DNA of 64,000 nt from Candidatus Limnocylindrales bacterium (GTDB taxonomy: Bacteria > Chloroflexota > Limnocylindria > Limnocylindrales > CSP1-4): positions 15,012 through 79,011 of the forward strand of contig DASSMQ010000006.1 of the NCBI GenBank assembly GCA_035688805.1. The letters run 5' to 3'. Position 1 is the stretch's first letter. Every line of letters starts with the position of its first letter. Of this stretch, positions 49,629-60,083 are shown in pieces. Below the pieces are notes generated by a model. It searched no databases. It was not told the origin of the DNA and saw only the letters and a list, made by a program, of their open reading frames with translations. The position numbers and the translations under genes are program-made.

Positions 49629-50063
49629 TTACTGCACCCGAAGGATCGTCTTGGCGTCCGACCAGTGCTTCTCGAGGCCGTAATAGTCGCGTTCGGGCGG
49701 GGTGAAGATGTGGACGATCACCGAACCGAAGTCGATCAGGACCCAGTGCGATGCGGCCGTCCCTTCGCGACCGATCGGTCGCACCCGGTCGTCGCGCAGG
49801 GAGGAGACGATGCCATCGGCGATGGCCTCGAGCTGCCGCTCGGAACCGCCGGAGCAGATCACGAAGTAGTCGGCGAGGGTCGTCAGCGGGCCGAGCTCGA
49901 GGAGGACGATATCGGCCGCCTTCTTGTCTTCCGCCAGCTCGACGACCCGACGGGCCAGGTCGAGCGCTGCACGTTCGTCCATGGGTGCGGGCGCCCGGAC
50001 GTCGCGACGGGGTAGCCCGTCGGCACTCGGGGCGATGGCGTTCGGCAGCGCGGGTTCGGTCAC
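49629..50063 (-). CDS. rsfS: ribosome silencing factor RsfS
   Basis: DKKAADIVLLEL...ADYFVICSG.SERQ ... WVLIDFGSVIVHIF...R.YY.LE..W. Confidence 0.9.
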   Translation of the reverse strand: MTEPALPNAIAPSADGLPRRDVRAPAPMDERAALDLARRVVELAEDKKAADIVLLELGPLTTLADYFVICSGGSERQLEAIADGIVSSLRDDRVRPIGREGTAASHWVLIDFGSVIVHIFTPPERDYYGLEKHWSDAKTILRVQ

Positions 50064-50734
50064 GATCGATGGTCCCTCCGTGGATCCTGATACAGGCCAT
50101 GGTCGCCGATATACGTCGCGACCGCATCCGGAACGAGATAGCGAACGGAACGTCCTGCGGCGGCGCGATCGCGGATCTCCGATGCCGACAGCCGCATCCG
50201 CGGCCCGTCCAGGAACCCGATCGCGGCCGGCGCCCTGGGAAAGCGGGCGGCGATGAGGCCCTCATCCGCGTCGGGATAGCCGTCGCGCGGCACGACGATC
50301 ACGTCGGCGAGCTCGAGGATCCGCGCCGGGTCGCGCCACGTCGGCAGTTCCGCGTAGGACTCGGCCGAAAGGATCAAGGCCAGCGGCTCATCCGGTTCGC
50401 GCGCCCGCAGCGCTGCGAGCGTGTCGACGGTGTATGAGGGTCCGTCGCGATCGATCTCGATCCGACTCATCTCGAATGCCGCGTTGCCGGCGATCGCGGC
50501 CTGGACCATGGCGAGCCGATCCTCGGCCGCGGTGATGGAGACGCCGGGCTTGTGGGGAGGTCGCGCGGCGACCACGAACAGCACCCGCCGCAACGCGAAG
50601 GCGTCGCGGGCCGCCTCGGCGATGGCCAGGTGAGCGAGATGGATCGGGTCGAACGTCCCGCCGAAGACCCCGGTCGCGCCCCGGAGACGTCGTGGGTCCC
50701 GCTTCACCGCTGCTCCCAGGGCTGCGCCTCCCAC
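50060..50734 (-). CDS. nadD: nicotinate-nucleotide adenylyltransferase
   Basis: GVFGGTFDPIHLAHL (the (H/T)xGH motif) and ISASEIR. ATGA-type overlap with rsfS. Confidence 0.9.
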   Translation of the reverse strand: MGGAALGAAVKRDPRRLRGATGVFGGTFDPIHLAHLAIAEAARDAFALRRVLFVVAARPPHKPGVSITAAEDRLAMVQAAIAGNAAFEMSRIEIDRDGPSYTVDTLAALRAREPDEPLALILSAESYAELPTWRDPARILELADVIVVPRDGYPDADEGLIAARFPRAPAAIGFLDGPRMRLSASEIRDRAAAGRSVRYLVPDAVATYIGDHGLYQDPRRDHRS

Positions 50735-51999
50735 TCCAGCTCGGTGGCACCGATGCGGACGAGGTCGCCGGCCGCGACGCCGGCCCGACGCAGTTCCACG
50801 TCGATGCCGAGGCGAGCCAGGTCGCGCTGGAAGCGCTCGGCCGATTCCTCGATCTCGAAGTCGGTCTGGGCGGCGATGCGCTCGATGCGCTTGCCGCGGA
50901 CCCGGAACGCGCCGTCCTCGTCGCGCTCCACGAGGAAGCCATCGCCCATGGCGTCGATGCGGTGGACGACGACGCCGGACGGCTCGGGTGGTTCAGCGAG
51001 CTCCTCCGCCGTGGGGAGCAGGCCGGCGACGTGGGCCCGGAACGTGGCGAGGCCCTCCCCGGTCGAGGCGGCGATGGCGACCGCATCGCGACCCTCTGCT
51101 CGCCGCGCGCGGGCGAATGCCGGCCAGGCGGCCTGGGCCGCCGGGAGGTCGACCTTGTTGAAGGCGATGAGGGTCGGCTTTTCGAGGAGCGCCGGATCGT
51201 GGGCGTGCAGCTCGTCTCGGATGACGTCGTAGTCCCATTGCGGATCGCGCGCTGCGCCGTCGACGACGTGGACCAGGACCCGGGTCCGCTCGACGTGGCG
51301 CAGGAAGGCATGGCCGAGGCCAGCCCCGGTCGACGCTCCCTCGATCAGACCGGGTACGTCGGCGATGGTCGGGCGGCGTTCGTCATCCTCGCCCAGCTCC
51401 ATCACCCCCAGGTTCGGCTCGAGGGTCGTGAACGGATAGTCGGCGATCTTGGGCTGGGCCGCCGTGACCGCGGCGAGGAGCGTCGATTTGCCCGCGTTCG
51501 GCAGCCCGACCAGACCGATATCGGCGATCAGCCGAAGCTCGAGGCGGAGCCAGCGCTCCTCGCCGGGCTCGCCCTTCTGAGCATGGCGCGGCGCCTGGTG
51601 GGTGGCGGTCTTGAAATGGGTATTGCCGAGGCCACCCCGGCCGCCCCGAGCCACCATCGCGTGCTGGCCCACGGCCACAAGATCGGCCAGCAGCTCGCCA
51701 CTCCCGTCGTCGATGACGGCGGTCCCCGGCGGCACCTCGAGGATCAGGTCATCGCCGGACGCCCCGTGCCGCCGGGACCGCGTGCCACGACCGCCGGGGG
51801 TGGCTTTGAAATGGTGCCGGTACTGGAAGTCACGGAGCGTGGTCTGACCTGGATCGACGCGCAGATGGACCGACCCACCGCGGCCACCGTCACCCCCGTC
51901 GGGGCCGCCGCGAGGGACGTGCGCCTCGCGACGGAACGTCGCCGCGCCGTTGCCGCCATCGCCGGCGCGGACCCAGATCTTCACGCGGTCGAGGAACAT
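50704..51999 (-). CDS. obg: GTPase Obg/CgtA
   Basis: Obg fold (FLDRVKIWVRAGDGGNG), G domain (GLPNAGKSTLL, DVPGLIEGA, NKVD) and a C-terminal OCT domain. Confidence 0.96.
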   Translation of the reverse strand: MFLDRVKIWVRAGDGGNGAATFRREAHVPRGGPDGGDGGRGGSVHLRVDPGQTTLRDFQYRHHFKATPGGRGTRSRRHGASGDDLILEVPPGTAVIDDGSGELLADLVAVGQHAMVARGGRGGLGNTHFKTATHQAPRHAQKGEPGEERWLRLELRLIADIGLVGLPNAGKSTLLAAVTAAQPKIADYPFTTLEPNLGVMELGEDDERRPTIADVPGLIEGASTGAGLGHAFLRHVERTRVLVHVVDGAARDPQWDYDVIRDELHAHDPALLEKPTLIAFNKVDLPAAQAAWPAFARARRAEGRDAVAIAASTGEGLATFRAHVAGLLPTAEELAEPPEPSGVVVHRIDAMGDGFLVERDEDGAFRVRGKRIERIAAQTDFEIEESAERFQRDLARLGIDVELRRAGVAAGDLVRIGATELEWEAQPWEQR

Positions 52000-52056
52000 C
52001 GCGGCATTCTCGCACGGCGTCCGGGCGGGCCCGGACCGGCATCTCGCGCGGTTCGC

Positions 52057-53439
52057 CTAGAGATAGGCGAGCGGATTGACCCTCGTGCCGCCGTCCCATA
52101 CCCGCCCGCGCCAGACCTCGAAGTGGAGGTGCGAGCCGGTCGCGTTGCCGGTCGCGCCCATCCGGCCGACGCGCTGGCCGCGACTCACCGTCTGTCCCCG
52201 CCCGACCGAGACGCTCGACATGTGGTTGTACGTCGTGTACAGGTTCGATCCGTGGGAGATCCAGACCTGGTACCCACCGCCGTTGTCTTTCCAGCCGGCG
52301 AAGATCACCGTGCCGGAGGCGGCTGCCCAGATCGGATCGCCGGTGTTGCCGTCGATGTCGATGGCGTAATGGCCGTAATGGAAGTACTGGCTGATATGCC
52401 GGCTGGTGGTCGGCCACATGAGCCGGCCGCCGGTGTAGGTCCGCGGTTGCTGGACCGAGCTGCCACCGGAGACCCGAGTCGACCGGCTCACCACTCGTGG
52501 TGCGGACGTCGCTCGTGGGCGCGCCTTGGGCTCCGCGATCCGGGCGCCACGAGCGCCGGGGAGCATCAGGACCTGGCCGACGACGAGGTTCCGGTCGGTG
52601 AGCCCGTTCGTGGCCAGGATGTCGTCAGCGGTGACCTCATAGCGGGCCGCGATCGCATCGAGGGTGTCGGCGGCCGTGACCTCGATGACCAGGCCGTTGA
52701 CCGGCGGGATGCGCAACTGCTGGCCGACGACGAGCCGATCCTTGGACTTGAGCTTGTTCGCCCACCACAGGGTCATCATCGAAACCTTGAACTTGCGCGC
52801 GATCGTGGCAAGCGTGTCGCCCGACCGGACCTTGTACTGGCGCATGAGGTCGCTGCCGTCCGGCACCGCGGTATCGACCGCGACGGGCTTCAGGAGCGTG
52901 CCATCAGCAAGGAAGGGGCCGAAGACCACCGGCGCGCGCTGGGCGGCGAGGACGGCTTCTGCCGGCATGCCGACCGGTTCGGCGACGTCGATGCCGTAGG
53001 CCTTGCGGACCGCGATCTCGCTCGGGTCCGGGCCCACATAGGCCGACGTGTCGATGTAGTCCTCTTGCACGGAGCCGACGTCGCTCCCGTCGCCGGAAGC
53101 GCCGATCGTCAGGCGCGGAGACAGGCCGTCGCCGGATGTGCCGCCGGTCGCTCCCGAGGATCGGACTGGGGTGACGCTCAGGAACGACGCACCGAGGACG
53201 ATCCCCGCGACGGCGACGGCGACCAGGCGCTCATGGCCGAGCTCTCGCGCGATCCGTCGGATGGGGATCGTTCGCAACGCGTGGCGCATGCCTGCGATCG
53301 TCGGCAGGGTCAGGCGCCGGGAACGGCGGATCGGATGCGCGAAGCGGCGTGCGCCCGGAGTCTGTCGAGGACCTGACGACACGATGCCTCGAACGGTCAC
53401 CCGTCGGGGGACGGGGAGCGAGGCCATGGTCGGGTCCAT
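52057..53439 (-). CDS. LysM-domain M23-family peptidoglycan metalloendopeptidase
   Basis: TM anchor, two LysM repeats (YKVRSGDTLATIARKF, DTLDAIAARYEV) and an M23 core (HYAIDI ... GNATGSHLHFEV). Start uncertain (ATG at 53439, 53427 or 53289; the ORF is open to 53682). Confidence 0.8.
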   Translation of the reverse strand: MDPTMASLPVPRRVTVRGIVSSGPRQTPGARRFAHPIRRSRRLTLPTIAGMRHALRTIPIRRIARELGHERLVAVAVAGIVLGASFLSVTPVRSSGATGGTSGDGLSPRLTIGASGDGSDVGSVQEDYIDTSAYVGPDPSEIAVRKAYGIDVAEPVGMPAEAVLAAQRAPVVFGPFLADGTLLKPVAVDTAVPDGSDLMRQYKVRSGDTLATIARKFKVSMMTLWWANKLKSKDRLVVGQQLRIPPVNGLVIEVTAADTLDAIAARYEVTADDILATNGLTDRNLVVGQVLMLPGARGARIAEPKARPRATSAPRVVSRSTRVSGGSSVQQPRTYTGGRLMWPTTSRHISQYFHYGHYAIDIDGNTGDPIWAAASGTVIFAGWKDNGGGYQVWISHGSNLYTTYNHMSSVSVGRGQTVSRGQRVGRMGATGNATGSHLHFEVWRGRVWDGGTRVNPLAYL

Positions 53440-53734
53440 ATGAGGTCGGCGCAGTCGTCCGAGGACGCGCTGGACGCCGACCGACGCGTTCAGCAATACG
53501 GTCTCCTGGCGTGAGGACGAGCCCGGGCGCGTGGGGGGAAAGCGCGGGGATGGGGGTGGTGGGCCCGTCCGGGGTCGCGGTATCGAGGCTGGGGGTTCTC
53601 GCTTCGCGGCCGCGTCCGACATCTCGTCGGGCTTACGACATCGGGCGAAACCTACCACGCACCTTGCACCTGTGGCAAACACGGGGTCCGTGAACGCACG
53701 ATATCCGGTGCGTGAACGAGACGGCCGTGTGGGA

Positions 53735-55135
53735 TCAGGCCTCCAGGTTCTTGGTCAGCGACGCCAGGAACTCGGCATTCGACTGGGACTTCGAAAGGCG
53801 ATTGAGCAGGATCTCGATGCCTTCGTTCGGGCCGACCGCCGAGAGCATCCGGCGCATGGTCCAGACCATCTTGAGCGTGCCTTCTTCGAGCAGCAGCTCT
53901 TCGCGGCGTGTGCCGGAGCGCTGCACGTCGATCGACGGGAAGATCCGCTTCTCGGCCAGCTTCCGGTCGAGGATGAGTTCGGAGTTGCCGGTCCCCTTGA
54001 ATTCCTCGTAGATCACGTCATCCATGCGCGAGCCGGTGTCGACCAGACACGTGCCGATGATCGTCAGGGAGCCGCCCTCCTCGATGTTGCGCGCAGCACC
54101 GAAGAAGCGCTTCGGTGGGTAGAGCGCGATCGGGTCGAGGCCGCCCGAGAGCGTGCGCCCGCTCGGCGGCAGCGCGAGGTTGTACGCGCGCGCCAGGCGC
54201 GTGATCGAGTCGAGCAGGATCACCACGTCGCGCCCTGTCTCGACCTGGCGCTTGGCGATCTCGAGCGCCATCTCGGCCACATGCGTGTGGTTCTCGGTCG
54301 GCTCGTCGAAGGTCGAGCTGATGACCTCGCCCTTGACGCTCCGGCGCATGTCCGTGACTTCCTCGGGCCGCTCGCCGATGAGCGCGACCATGAGCAGGAT
54401 CTCGGGATAGTTCGCGCTGACCCCGTTGGCGATCTGCTTGAGCAGCATCGTCTTGCCGGCCTTCGGCGGGCTCACGATCAGTGCGCGCTGCCCCTTGCCA
54501 AGCGGGTTGACCAGATTGATCAACCGCTGACTGAGGTTCTTGGGGTCCGTCTCGAGGTTGATGAGTTCGTCGGGGTGGACCGGGGTCAGGTCGTTGAAGA
54601 CGGGCCGCCGCCGGGCCGTATCGGTGTCGACGCCGTTGACGCTGTCGACCCGGAGCATGCCCCAGTACTTTTCCGCCTCGCGCGGCGCGCGGACGGCGCC
54701 CGAGATCCGGTCGCCGATGCGCAGTCCGAACCGACGCACCTGGCTCGAGCTGACGTAGACGTCCTCGGGGCTCGGCAGCAGGCCATGGCGGCGCATGAAG
54801 CCGAAGCCCTCATCGACGATGTCGAGGATGCCACTCGCGTACGCGTGGCCGGCGTTCTCGGTCTGACGCTGCAGGATGCGGTCGACCAGATCGTCCTTGC
54901 GCTCGCCGGATCCGGTGTCGAGCTCGAGGTCGCGGCCGATCTGGCGAAGTTCGGTGACGCTCATCTCGCGCAGGTCGCTGATGTCGAGATCGTTCCGCTC
55001 GCGTGCGGCTTCGAGCTCCTGCTGCTCCTCGTACTCGGTGACGGGGGCACGGAACGTTGACTGGCCGCGCCGACGCGGACGTCGGTTGCGGGAACGCTGG
55101 TCTTGGCCGGGGCCGGGCATCTGGATTGGGGTCAC
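53735..55135 (-). CDS. rho: transcription termination factor Rho
   Basis: Rho_N domain, CSD-like RNA-binding domain (GFGFMRR) and an ATPase domain (PPKAGKT, Walker B). Arg-rich N-terminal extension. Preceded by a ~340-nt leader. Confidence 0.96.
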   Translation of the reverse strand: MTPIQMPGPGQDQRSRNRRPRRRGQSTFRAPVTEYEEQQELEAARERNDLDISDLREMSVTELRQIGRDLELDTGSGERKDDLVDRILQRQTENAGHAYASGILDIVDEGFGFMRRHGLLPSPEDVYVSSSQVRRFGLRIGDRISGAVRAPREAEKYWGMLRVDSVNGVDTDTARRRPVFNDLTPVHPDELINLETDPKNLSQRLINLVNPLGKGQRALIVSPPKAGKTMLLKQIANGVSANYPEILLMVALIGERPEEVTDMRRSVKGEVISSTFDEPTENHTHVAEMALEIAKRQVETGRDVVILLDSITRLARAYNLALPPSGRTLSGGLDPIALYPPKRFFGAARNIEEGGSLTIIGTCLVDTGSRMDDVIYEEFKGTGNSELILDRKLAEKRIFPSIDVQRSGTRREELLLEEGTLKMVWTMRRMLSAVGPNEGIEILLNRLSKSQSNAEFLASLTKNLEA

Positions 55136-55474
55136 CTACGCGTGCGTGGCGGGTCGGACTCGCATAGCCTGGGCTGCGGTCCGGGTCGCTGGGGCCCGAA
55201 GCGGGTGTGCGCGCGGAATCGCTGCCGCTGCGCGGGACCGGTCGGGATGTGCGGAGCATAGCCCCGGCCGGAATCGGCGTCAATGCGGGTGGCCAGTACC
55301 TCCGTCCCTCTCGGCCCACGTTCGCCGATGTCGGAGCCGGTCGCCTGCGGCACGGCTCGTCGGCACTGGCCCGCTCGATGCGCCACGGACCGGTCCTCGC
55401 CATCGACGCTCGTCTCGGCCACGATAGGCGGGCGCGATCTCGACCCATCCCGCGAACCGCAGGAGCCACCACGC

Positions 55475-55900
55475 ATGCGAACCAACCTGACGATCGACGA
55501 TCTCGGTGGACTCCTCGATCAACCACTCATCGCGGTCCTGGCCACCCGGCGACAGGACGACACGGTCATGCTCTCGCCGGTCTGGTTCGAGTGGTTCGAG
55601 GGTGGGATCAACATCTGGGTCCCGACGATCGAGGGTGGCAAGGTCGCCCACGTCCGACGCGACCCGCGGGTGACCGTCGTCGTGGCCAACCAGGCCTGGC
55701 CATACAAGGGCTTCGAGCTGCGCGGCGAGGCCACGGTCTCGACGGACCCCGATGCCTTCTACGGGACGCTGGGCCGCACGGGCTTGCGCTACAGCGGTCC
55801 CGAGGCCGCCGAGCGGATGGTCCGCGAGTACGCACCCGGCGCCGTCATCCGACTCGAGCCGGGGACGATCCGGGCGTGGGACTACGAAGACGAGGCCTGA
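55475..55900 (+). CDS. PPOX-class (pyridoxamine 5'-phosphate oxidase-like) flavin/F420-binding protein
   Basis: 141 aa beginning LLDQPLIAVLATRRQDDTVMLSPVWFEW, then RDPRVTVVV. AGGAG lies 9 nt before the ATG. Confidence 0.72.
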   Translation: MRTNLTIDDLGGLLDQPLIAVLATRRQDDTVMLSPVWFEWFEGGINIWVPTIEGGKVAHVRRDPRVTVVVANQAWPYKGFELRGEATVSTDPDAFYGTLGRTGLRYSGPEAAERMVREYAPGAVIRLEPGTIRAWDYEDEA

Positions 55901-55914
55901 ACAACGGCGCGCTC

Positions 55915-55928
55915 CACGACATGTCGTG
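55915..55928. promoter_or_regulatory. perfect 14-bp palindrome CACGACATGTCGTG upstream of the SorC-type regulator gene (operator or terminator candidate)
   Basis: Read directly. It lies 14 nt after the PPOX stop and 52 nt before the regulator start, and is followed by a second small hairpin, CGCTC-GAAT-GAGCG. Confidence 0.4.
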
Positions 55929-55980
55929 ACCGCTCGAATGAGCGCTTGCCACCCACATGCGCAACGACTAGGGTCATCGG

Positions 55981-56964
55981 GTGGCTCCCGTCCAGCGTCC
56001 GGTCCTCGCACTCCAGGTCGCGCGGCTCTTCTTCGACCGGCGGATGACGCGCATCGAGATCGCCGCCCAGCTCGGGATCTCGCGCTTCCGCGTCGCTCGA
56101 CTGCTCGACGGCGCCCTCGCTGACGGTCTCGTCCGCGTCGAGTACCGCGATCTGCCGATCGAGGACCGCGACGTCGCCAGACGGCTCGAGGACCGGTTCG
56201 GACTCGGCCTGTGCGCGGTAGCGGCCGACGGTCCGAGCCCGACCGCCGGCGCGGTCGCGGAACTCGCGGGCTCGCTGCTCGATGGGCTCATCGGCCAGGA
56301 CGAGACCGTCGGTATCGCGTGGGGCTCGACGCTGGCGGCCGTGGTCGCCGCGGTGCCACCGCGCCACGATCCGTCGATCCGGGTGGTCCAGCTCGCCGGG
56401 TCCTCCAGCCGGCTGGTCGGAGGGCGCGATGCCGGGGAACTGACTCGGGCCCTGGCCGCGCGACTCGGTGCTGCTCACCATGCGATCTACGCCCCGGCCG
56501 TGGTCGACTCCGCCATCGTCCGCGAGGCACTCGTCCGGGCGCCCGAGGTCGCCGACGCGGTGGGTCGGTTCGACGACATCAGCCTGGCGGTCGTCGGCAT
56601 CGGGGTGATCCCCGCGGACGGGGTCACACCCGCGTCATCGCTGATTCGATCCGGAGCGCTCGATGCGGCGGACATCCGACGGATGGTCGACCTCGGCGCG
56701 GTCGGCGAGCTCGTGGTCCATCCGTTCGATCTCGACGGCCGATTCGTCGACGCGGCGCTGGCGGCTCGCGCGATCGCCATCGACATCGATCGGCTGCGAG
56801 CGATCGGCCGCGTCGTCGCGGTCGCATGGGGAGTCGACAAGGCGACGGCCATCCGGGGTGCCCTGCGGTCGGGCGTCGTGGACATGCTGGTGACGGACGC
56901 TCGGACCGCCGCGGCCGTCCTCGAGGTCGATGATCAGCTCCGCTCGGCGACCCTCGATGGCTGA
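55981..56964 (+). CDS. SorC/CggR-family sugar-binding transcriptional regulator
   Basis: N-terminal HTH (TRIEIAAQLGISRFRVARLL) plus a sugar-phosphate-binding domain (IGIAWGSTL ... AVGELVVHPFD). Confidence 0.8.
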   Translation: MAPVQRPVLALQVARLFFDRRMTRIEIAAQLGISRFRVARLLDGALADGLVRVEYRDLPIEDRDVARRLEDRFGLGLCAVAADGPSPTAGAVAELAGSLLDGLIGQDETVGIAWGSTLAAVVAAVPPRHDPSIRVVQLAGSSSRLVGGRDAGELTRALAARLGAAHHAIYAPAVVDSAIVREALVRAPEVADAVGRFDDISLAVVGIGVIPADGVTPASSLIRSGALDAADIRRMVDLGAVGELVVHPFDLDGRFVDAALAARAIAIDIDRLRAIGRVVAVAWGVDKATAIRGALRSGVVDMLVTDARTAAAVLEVDDQLRSATLDG

Positions 56965-57757
56965 CCGACTCCGGGGACGGACGCTGCTCGTGACCGGCTC
57001 CACGGGCATCGCGGCCGCGACCGCCGTGCGCGCGGCGACCGAGGGCGCCCGAGTGTTCGTGATCTCGCGCGCAGCAGATCACGCAGCAGCGCTCGCCGAC
57101 CGTGTCGCAGGTGGGTGGGCCGCGGCCGATCTGACCGATGAGTCGGCCGTCGATGCCGCGGTTCGCGCTGCCATGGATCATCTCGGCCGGATCGACGCCG
57201 CCTTTTCGGCGGCCGGCGGGAGCGGCCGTCGATTCGGCGACGGTCCGATCCACGAGCTCACAGCTGCGGCGTGGGAGGCAACGGCCGGCTTGAACCTCCG
57301 AACCCAGGTCCTCGTCTGCGGCCGGGTCATCCGCGCGATGCGCGAGCAAGCGCTCGACGCGGACGGCGGTCGCGGATCCCTCCTGCTCCTCGGTAGCGTG
57401 ACGGCGACCGCACCCGTGCCCGAGTGGTTCGGGACCCACGCCTATGCGACCGCCAAGGGGGCACTGACCGCCCTGATGACCTCGCTCGCAGCGACCTACA
57501 TCGCGGACCGGATCCGGGTGAACCTCCTCGTGCCCTCGCTGACCGCGACGCCGATGGCGGCGCGAGCCGCTGCCGACGCGCGGATCCTCGCCTATGCCGC
57601 CCGCAAGCAGCCGCTGGCGGGGCCGATGCTCGACCCCGACGAGGTGGCCAAGGCGGCGCTCTTCTTCCTGTCCGACGAGTCGCGGGCCGTCACCGGCCAG
57701 TCGCTGGCCGTCGATGGTGGCTGGTCCATCGTGTCGACCGGCGCGGAGCTGACGTGA
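56957..57757 (+). CDS. SDR-family oxidoreductase
   Basis: LVTGSTGIAAA (TGxxxGxG-like) and YATAKGAL (YxxxK). 8-nt overlap with the regulator gene. Confidence 0.85.
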   Translation: MADRLRGRTLLVTGSTGIAAATAVRAATEGARVFVISRAADHAAALADRVAGGWAAADLTDESAVDAAVRAAMDHLGRIDAAFSAAGGSGRRFGDGPIHELTAAAWEATAGLNLRTQVLVCGRVIRAMREQALDADGGRGSLLLLGSVTATAPVPEWFGTHAYATAKGALTALMTSLAATYIADRIRVNLLVPSLTATPMAARAAADARILAYAARKQPLAGPMLDPDEVAKAALFFLSDESRAVTGQSLAVDGGWSIVSTGAELT

Positions 57758-59103
57758 CCAGCGATCGATGGCCGCTCATCGCCGATGTCGACGTGGGCAT
57801 CGTGGGCGGTGGCTCGGCGGGGTCCACTGCCGCGATCGCTGCGGCCCGGCAGGGCGCGTCGGTCCTGCTTATCGATCGACTGCCCTTCCTGGGCGGCACG
57901 AGCACGGCGGTCCTCGACACGTTCTACGGCTTCGTCACCCCCGGTGAGCGGCCGCGCAAGGTGGTCGGCGGCGTGGCCGACGAGATCGTCGCCGGCCTGC
58001 GCCGACTCGGGCCGGTCGTCGAGCGACCCAACACGTACGGCGCGGGGACCGGGATCACCTATCTACCGGATCACCTGAAGGTGGTGTGGGAGGACGCGGT
58101 GGCCGGTTCCGGATCCCGGGTCCTGCTGCATGCGATGCTCCAGGAGGCGGACGTCGCCGACGGCCGGGTCCGGTCGGTCCTGGTCGCGACCCGCGGCGGC
58201 CTCGTGCGGATCCGCGCGCGGGTGTTCATCGATGCGTCCGGCGACGCCGACCTATGCGCCGCCGCCAACCTTGGCTACGAGATCGCCGGCGCCGTCGAGC
58301 CCGCCCAGACGCTGACGACCACGTTCCGGATGACCAACGTGGACCTCGAACGGCGACGAACAGTGTCGAAGGCCGATCTCCATGCGCGCATGGCCGACGC
58401 TGCGGCAAGCGGCGACTACGACCTGCCGCGGCGGGATGGCAGCGACCACGTCACGCCGATCGACGGCGTCATGGCGACGGTCATGACTCGCCTCGCGTCG
58501 ACGCGCGCGGGGCTCGACGGGCACTTGGTCGACGTCACCGATCCATGGTTCCTGACCGAGGTGGAGATGGCGGGACGCCGCCAGGTGCTCGACTATGTCC
58601 GCTTCCTGCGCGATCGCGTCCCGGGCTATGAGGACGCCTCGCTGGTCGGGGTCGGAACCCAGATCGGGGTGCGCGAGACACGGCGGGTCTTCGGGGATGC
58701 GCGCCTCACGGGCGACGACGTCCTCGCTGCCCGCCAGTTCGACGATCAGATCGGCCTGTGCGGCGCCCCGATCGAGGACCACCATCCCGGCAGTGACACG
58801 GCCTGGCGCTACCTGCCCGAGGGCCGGGCCGTGGGGATCCCGTATCGAGCGTTGGTCGTGCGCGACGCGGCGAACGTCCTCGTCGCGGGCCGCTGCTTCA
58901 GCGCGACCCACGAGGCGCATGCCGCGGTCCGCTCGATGGCCCAGTGCATGGCGATGGGCCAGGCGGCCGGGACGGCCGCCGCGATCGCGGTCGGCGATGG
59001 CGTCGACCCGCGCGAGATCGACGCGACCGCGCTGCGCGACGCGCTTCGGCGCGATGGCGCCGTCGTCGACCTCGATCGGGCGCCGGCATGGGTGGCGGCA
59101 TGA
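57754..59103 (+). CDS. FAD-dependent oxidoreductase (FAD_oxidored / GidA-like fold)
   Basis: GTGA overlap with the SDR gene. DVGIVGGGSAGSTAAIAAARQGASVLLIDR...GGT dinucleotide-binding motif. Confidence 0.8.
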   Translation: MTSDRWPLIADVDVGIVGGGSAGSTAAIAAARQGASVLLIDRLPFLGGTSTAVLDTFYGFVTPGERPRKVVGGVADEIVAGLRRLGPVVERPNTYGAGTGITYLPDHLKVVWEDAVAGSGSRVLLHAMLQEADVADGRVRSVLVATRGGLVRIRARVFIDASGDADLCAAANLGYEIAGAVEPAQTLTTTFRMTNVDLERRRTVSKADLHARMADAAASGDYDLPRRDGSDHVTPIDGVMATVMTRLASTRAGLDGHLVDVTDPWFLTEVEMAGRRQVLDYVRFLRDRVPGYEDASLVGVGTQIGVRETRRVFGDARLTGDDVLAARQFDDQIGLCGAPIEDHHPGSDTAWRYLPEGRAVGIPYRALVVRDAANVLVAGRCFSATHEAHAAVRSMAQCMAMGQAAGTAAAIAVGDGVDPREIDATALRDALRRDGAVVDLDRAPAWVAA

Positions 59104-60083
59104 CGGCCGCGCGGTTCGTTCGAACCGTGCTCGGCGATATCGACCCGGTCGAGCTCGGGGTGACGTACGCCCACGAGCACCTGGTCATCGACGGCGGCCG
59201 CCCCGTTCTGATGGAACCCGACTTCGATCTCGCCGACGTCGACGCGATGGTCGCCGAGGTCGGCGCGGCCGTCGATCTCGGGCTGGGCGCGGTCGTCGAC
59301 GCGATGCCCTGCGATGCCGGTCGCAATGCCGCCAAGCTCGCGGAGATCTCGCGGCGCACCGGCGTGCAGGTCATCGCATCGACGGGATTGCACCACGAGC
59401 GCTACTACGGACCCGCCCATTGGTCGCATCGGATCGACGTCGAGGAGCTGGCCGACTTGTTCGTGGCCGACATCGAGATGGGCATCGACGCCAACGACTA
59501 CTCGGGTCCCGTCGTCCACCGGATGGCCCACCGCGCCGGCGTCATCAAGGTGGCCGGATCCGCGGGCGGCCTGTCCGACCGGGACCGACCGGTCTTCGAG
59601 GCGGCGGCGGCGGCACATCACCGCACGGGCGCCCCGATCCTGACCCACTGCGAGGGTGGGACCGGCGCCCTCGAGCAGGTGGCCTACCTGCTCGACCGGG
59701 GAGTCGAACCGGATGGCCTCGCCCTGAGCCACGTCGACAAGGTCCTTGACCGCGGCTATCACCGCGACCTGCTGGCCACCGGCGCGACGGCCGAGTACGA
59801 CGGCAGCTTCCGCTGGGGCGACGCACCGAACGGGACGCTCCAGTTGCTCGAGTGGATGACCGAGGACGGCCTCTCGGATCGGATCGTCCTCGGCATGGAC
59901 GCCGCGCGACGGGGCTACTACGCGGTGTACGGTGGGACACCGGGCCTGCGCTGGCTGCTCGACGGCTTCTCGTCGGCGATGGATGCGCGCGGCCTCGGAC
60001 CAGAGCTGCGGCACCGCTGGTTCGTCGAGGTCCCGGCCCGCGTCTTCTCGTTCGGCGCTGTCGATGGAGGGCCTACTGCATGA
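59100..60083 (+). CDS. phosphotriesterase-family (PTE/PHP-like) amidohydrolase-fold hydrolase, probable lactonase-type enzyme
   Basis: ATGA overlap. GVTYAHEHLVID (HxH metal motif), then GLHHE, KVAGS and LTHCE. Confidence 0.78.
   Translation: MTAARFVRTVLGDIDPVELGVTYAHEHLVIDGGRPVLMEPDFDLADVDAMVAEVGAAVDLGLGAVVDAMPCDAGRNAAKLAEISRRTGVQVIASTGLHHERYYGPAHWSHRIDVEELADLFVADIEMGIDANDYSGPVVHRMAHRAGVIKVAGSAGGLSDRDRPVFEAAAAAHHRTGAPILTHCEGGTGALEQVAYLLDRGVEPDGLALSHVDKVLDRGYHRDLLATGATAEYDGSFRWGDAPNGTLQLLEWMTEDGLSDRIVLGMDAARRGYYAVYGGTPGLRWLLDGFSSAMDARGLGPELRHRWFVEVPARVFSFGAVDGGPTA

Noticed and set aside
53440-53734. A c-di-AMP (ydaO/kimA-type) riboswitch upstream of the LysM/M23 hydrolase.
   Set aside because: I could not find the conserved GAAUC / ACGGGGA / CCGCCGAAGG-type blocks or the pseudo-twofold architecture by eye. 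This needs cmscan before any claim.
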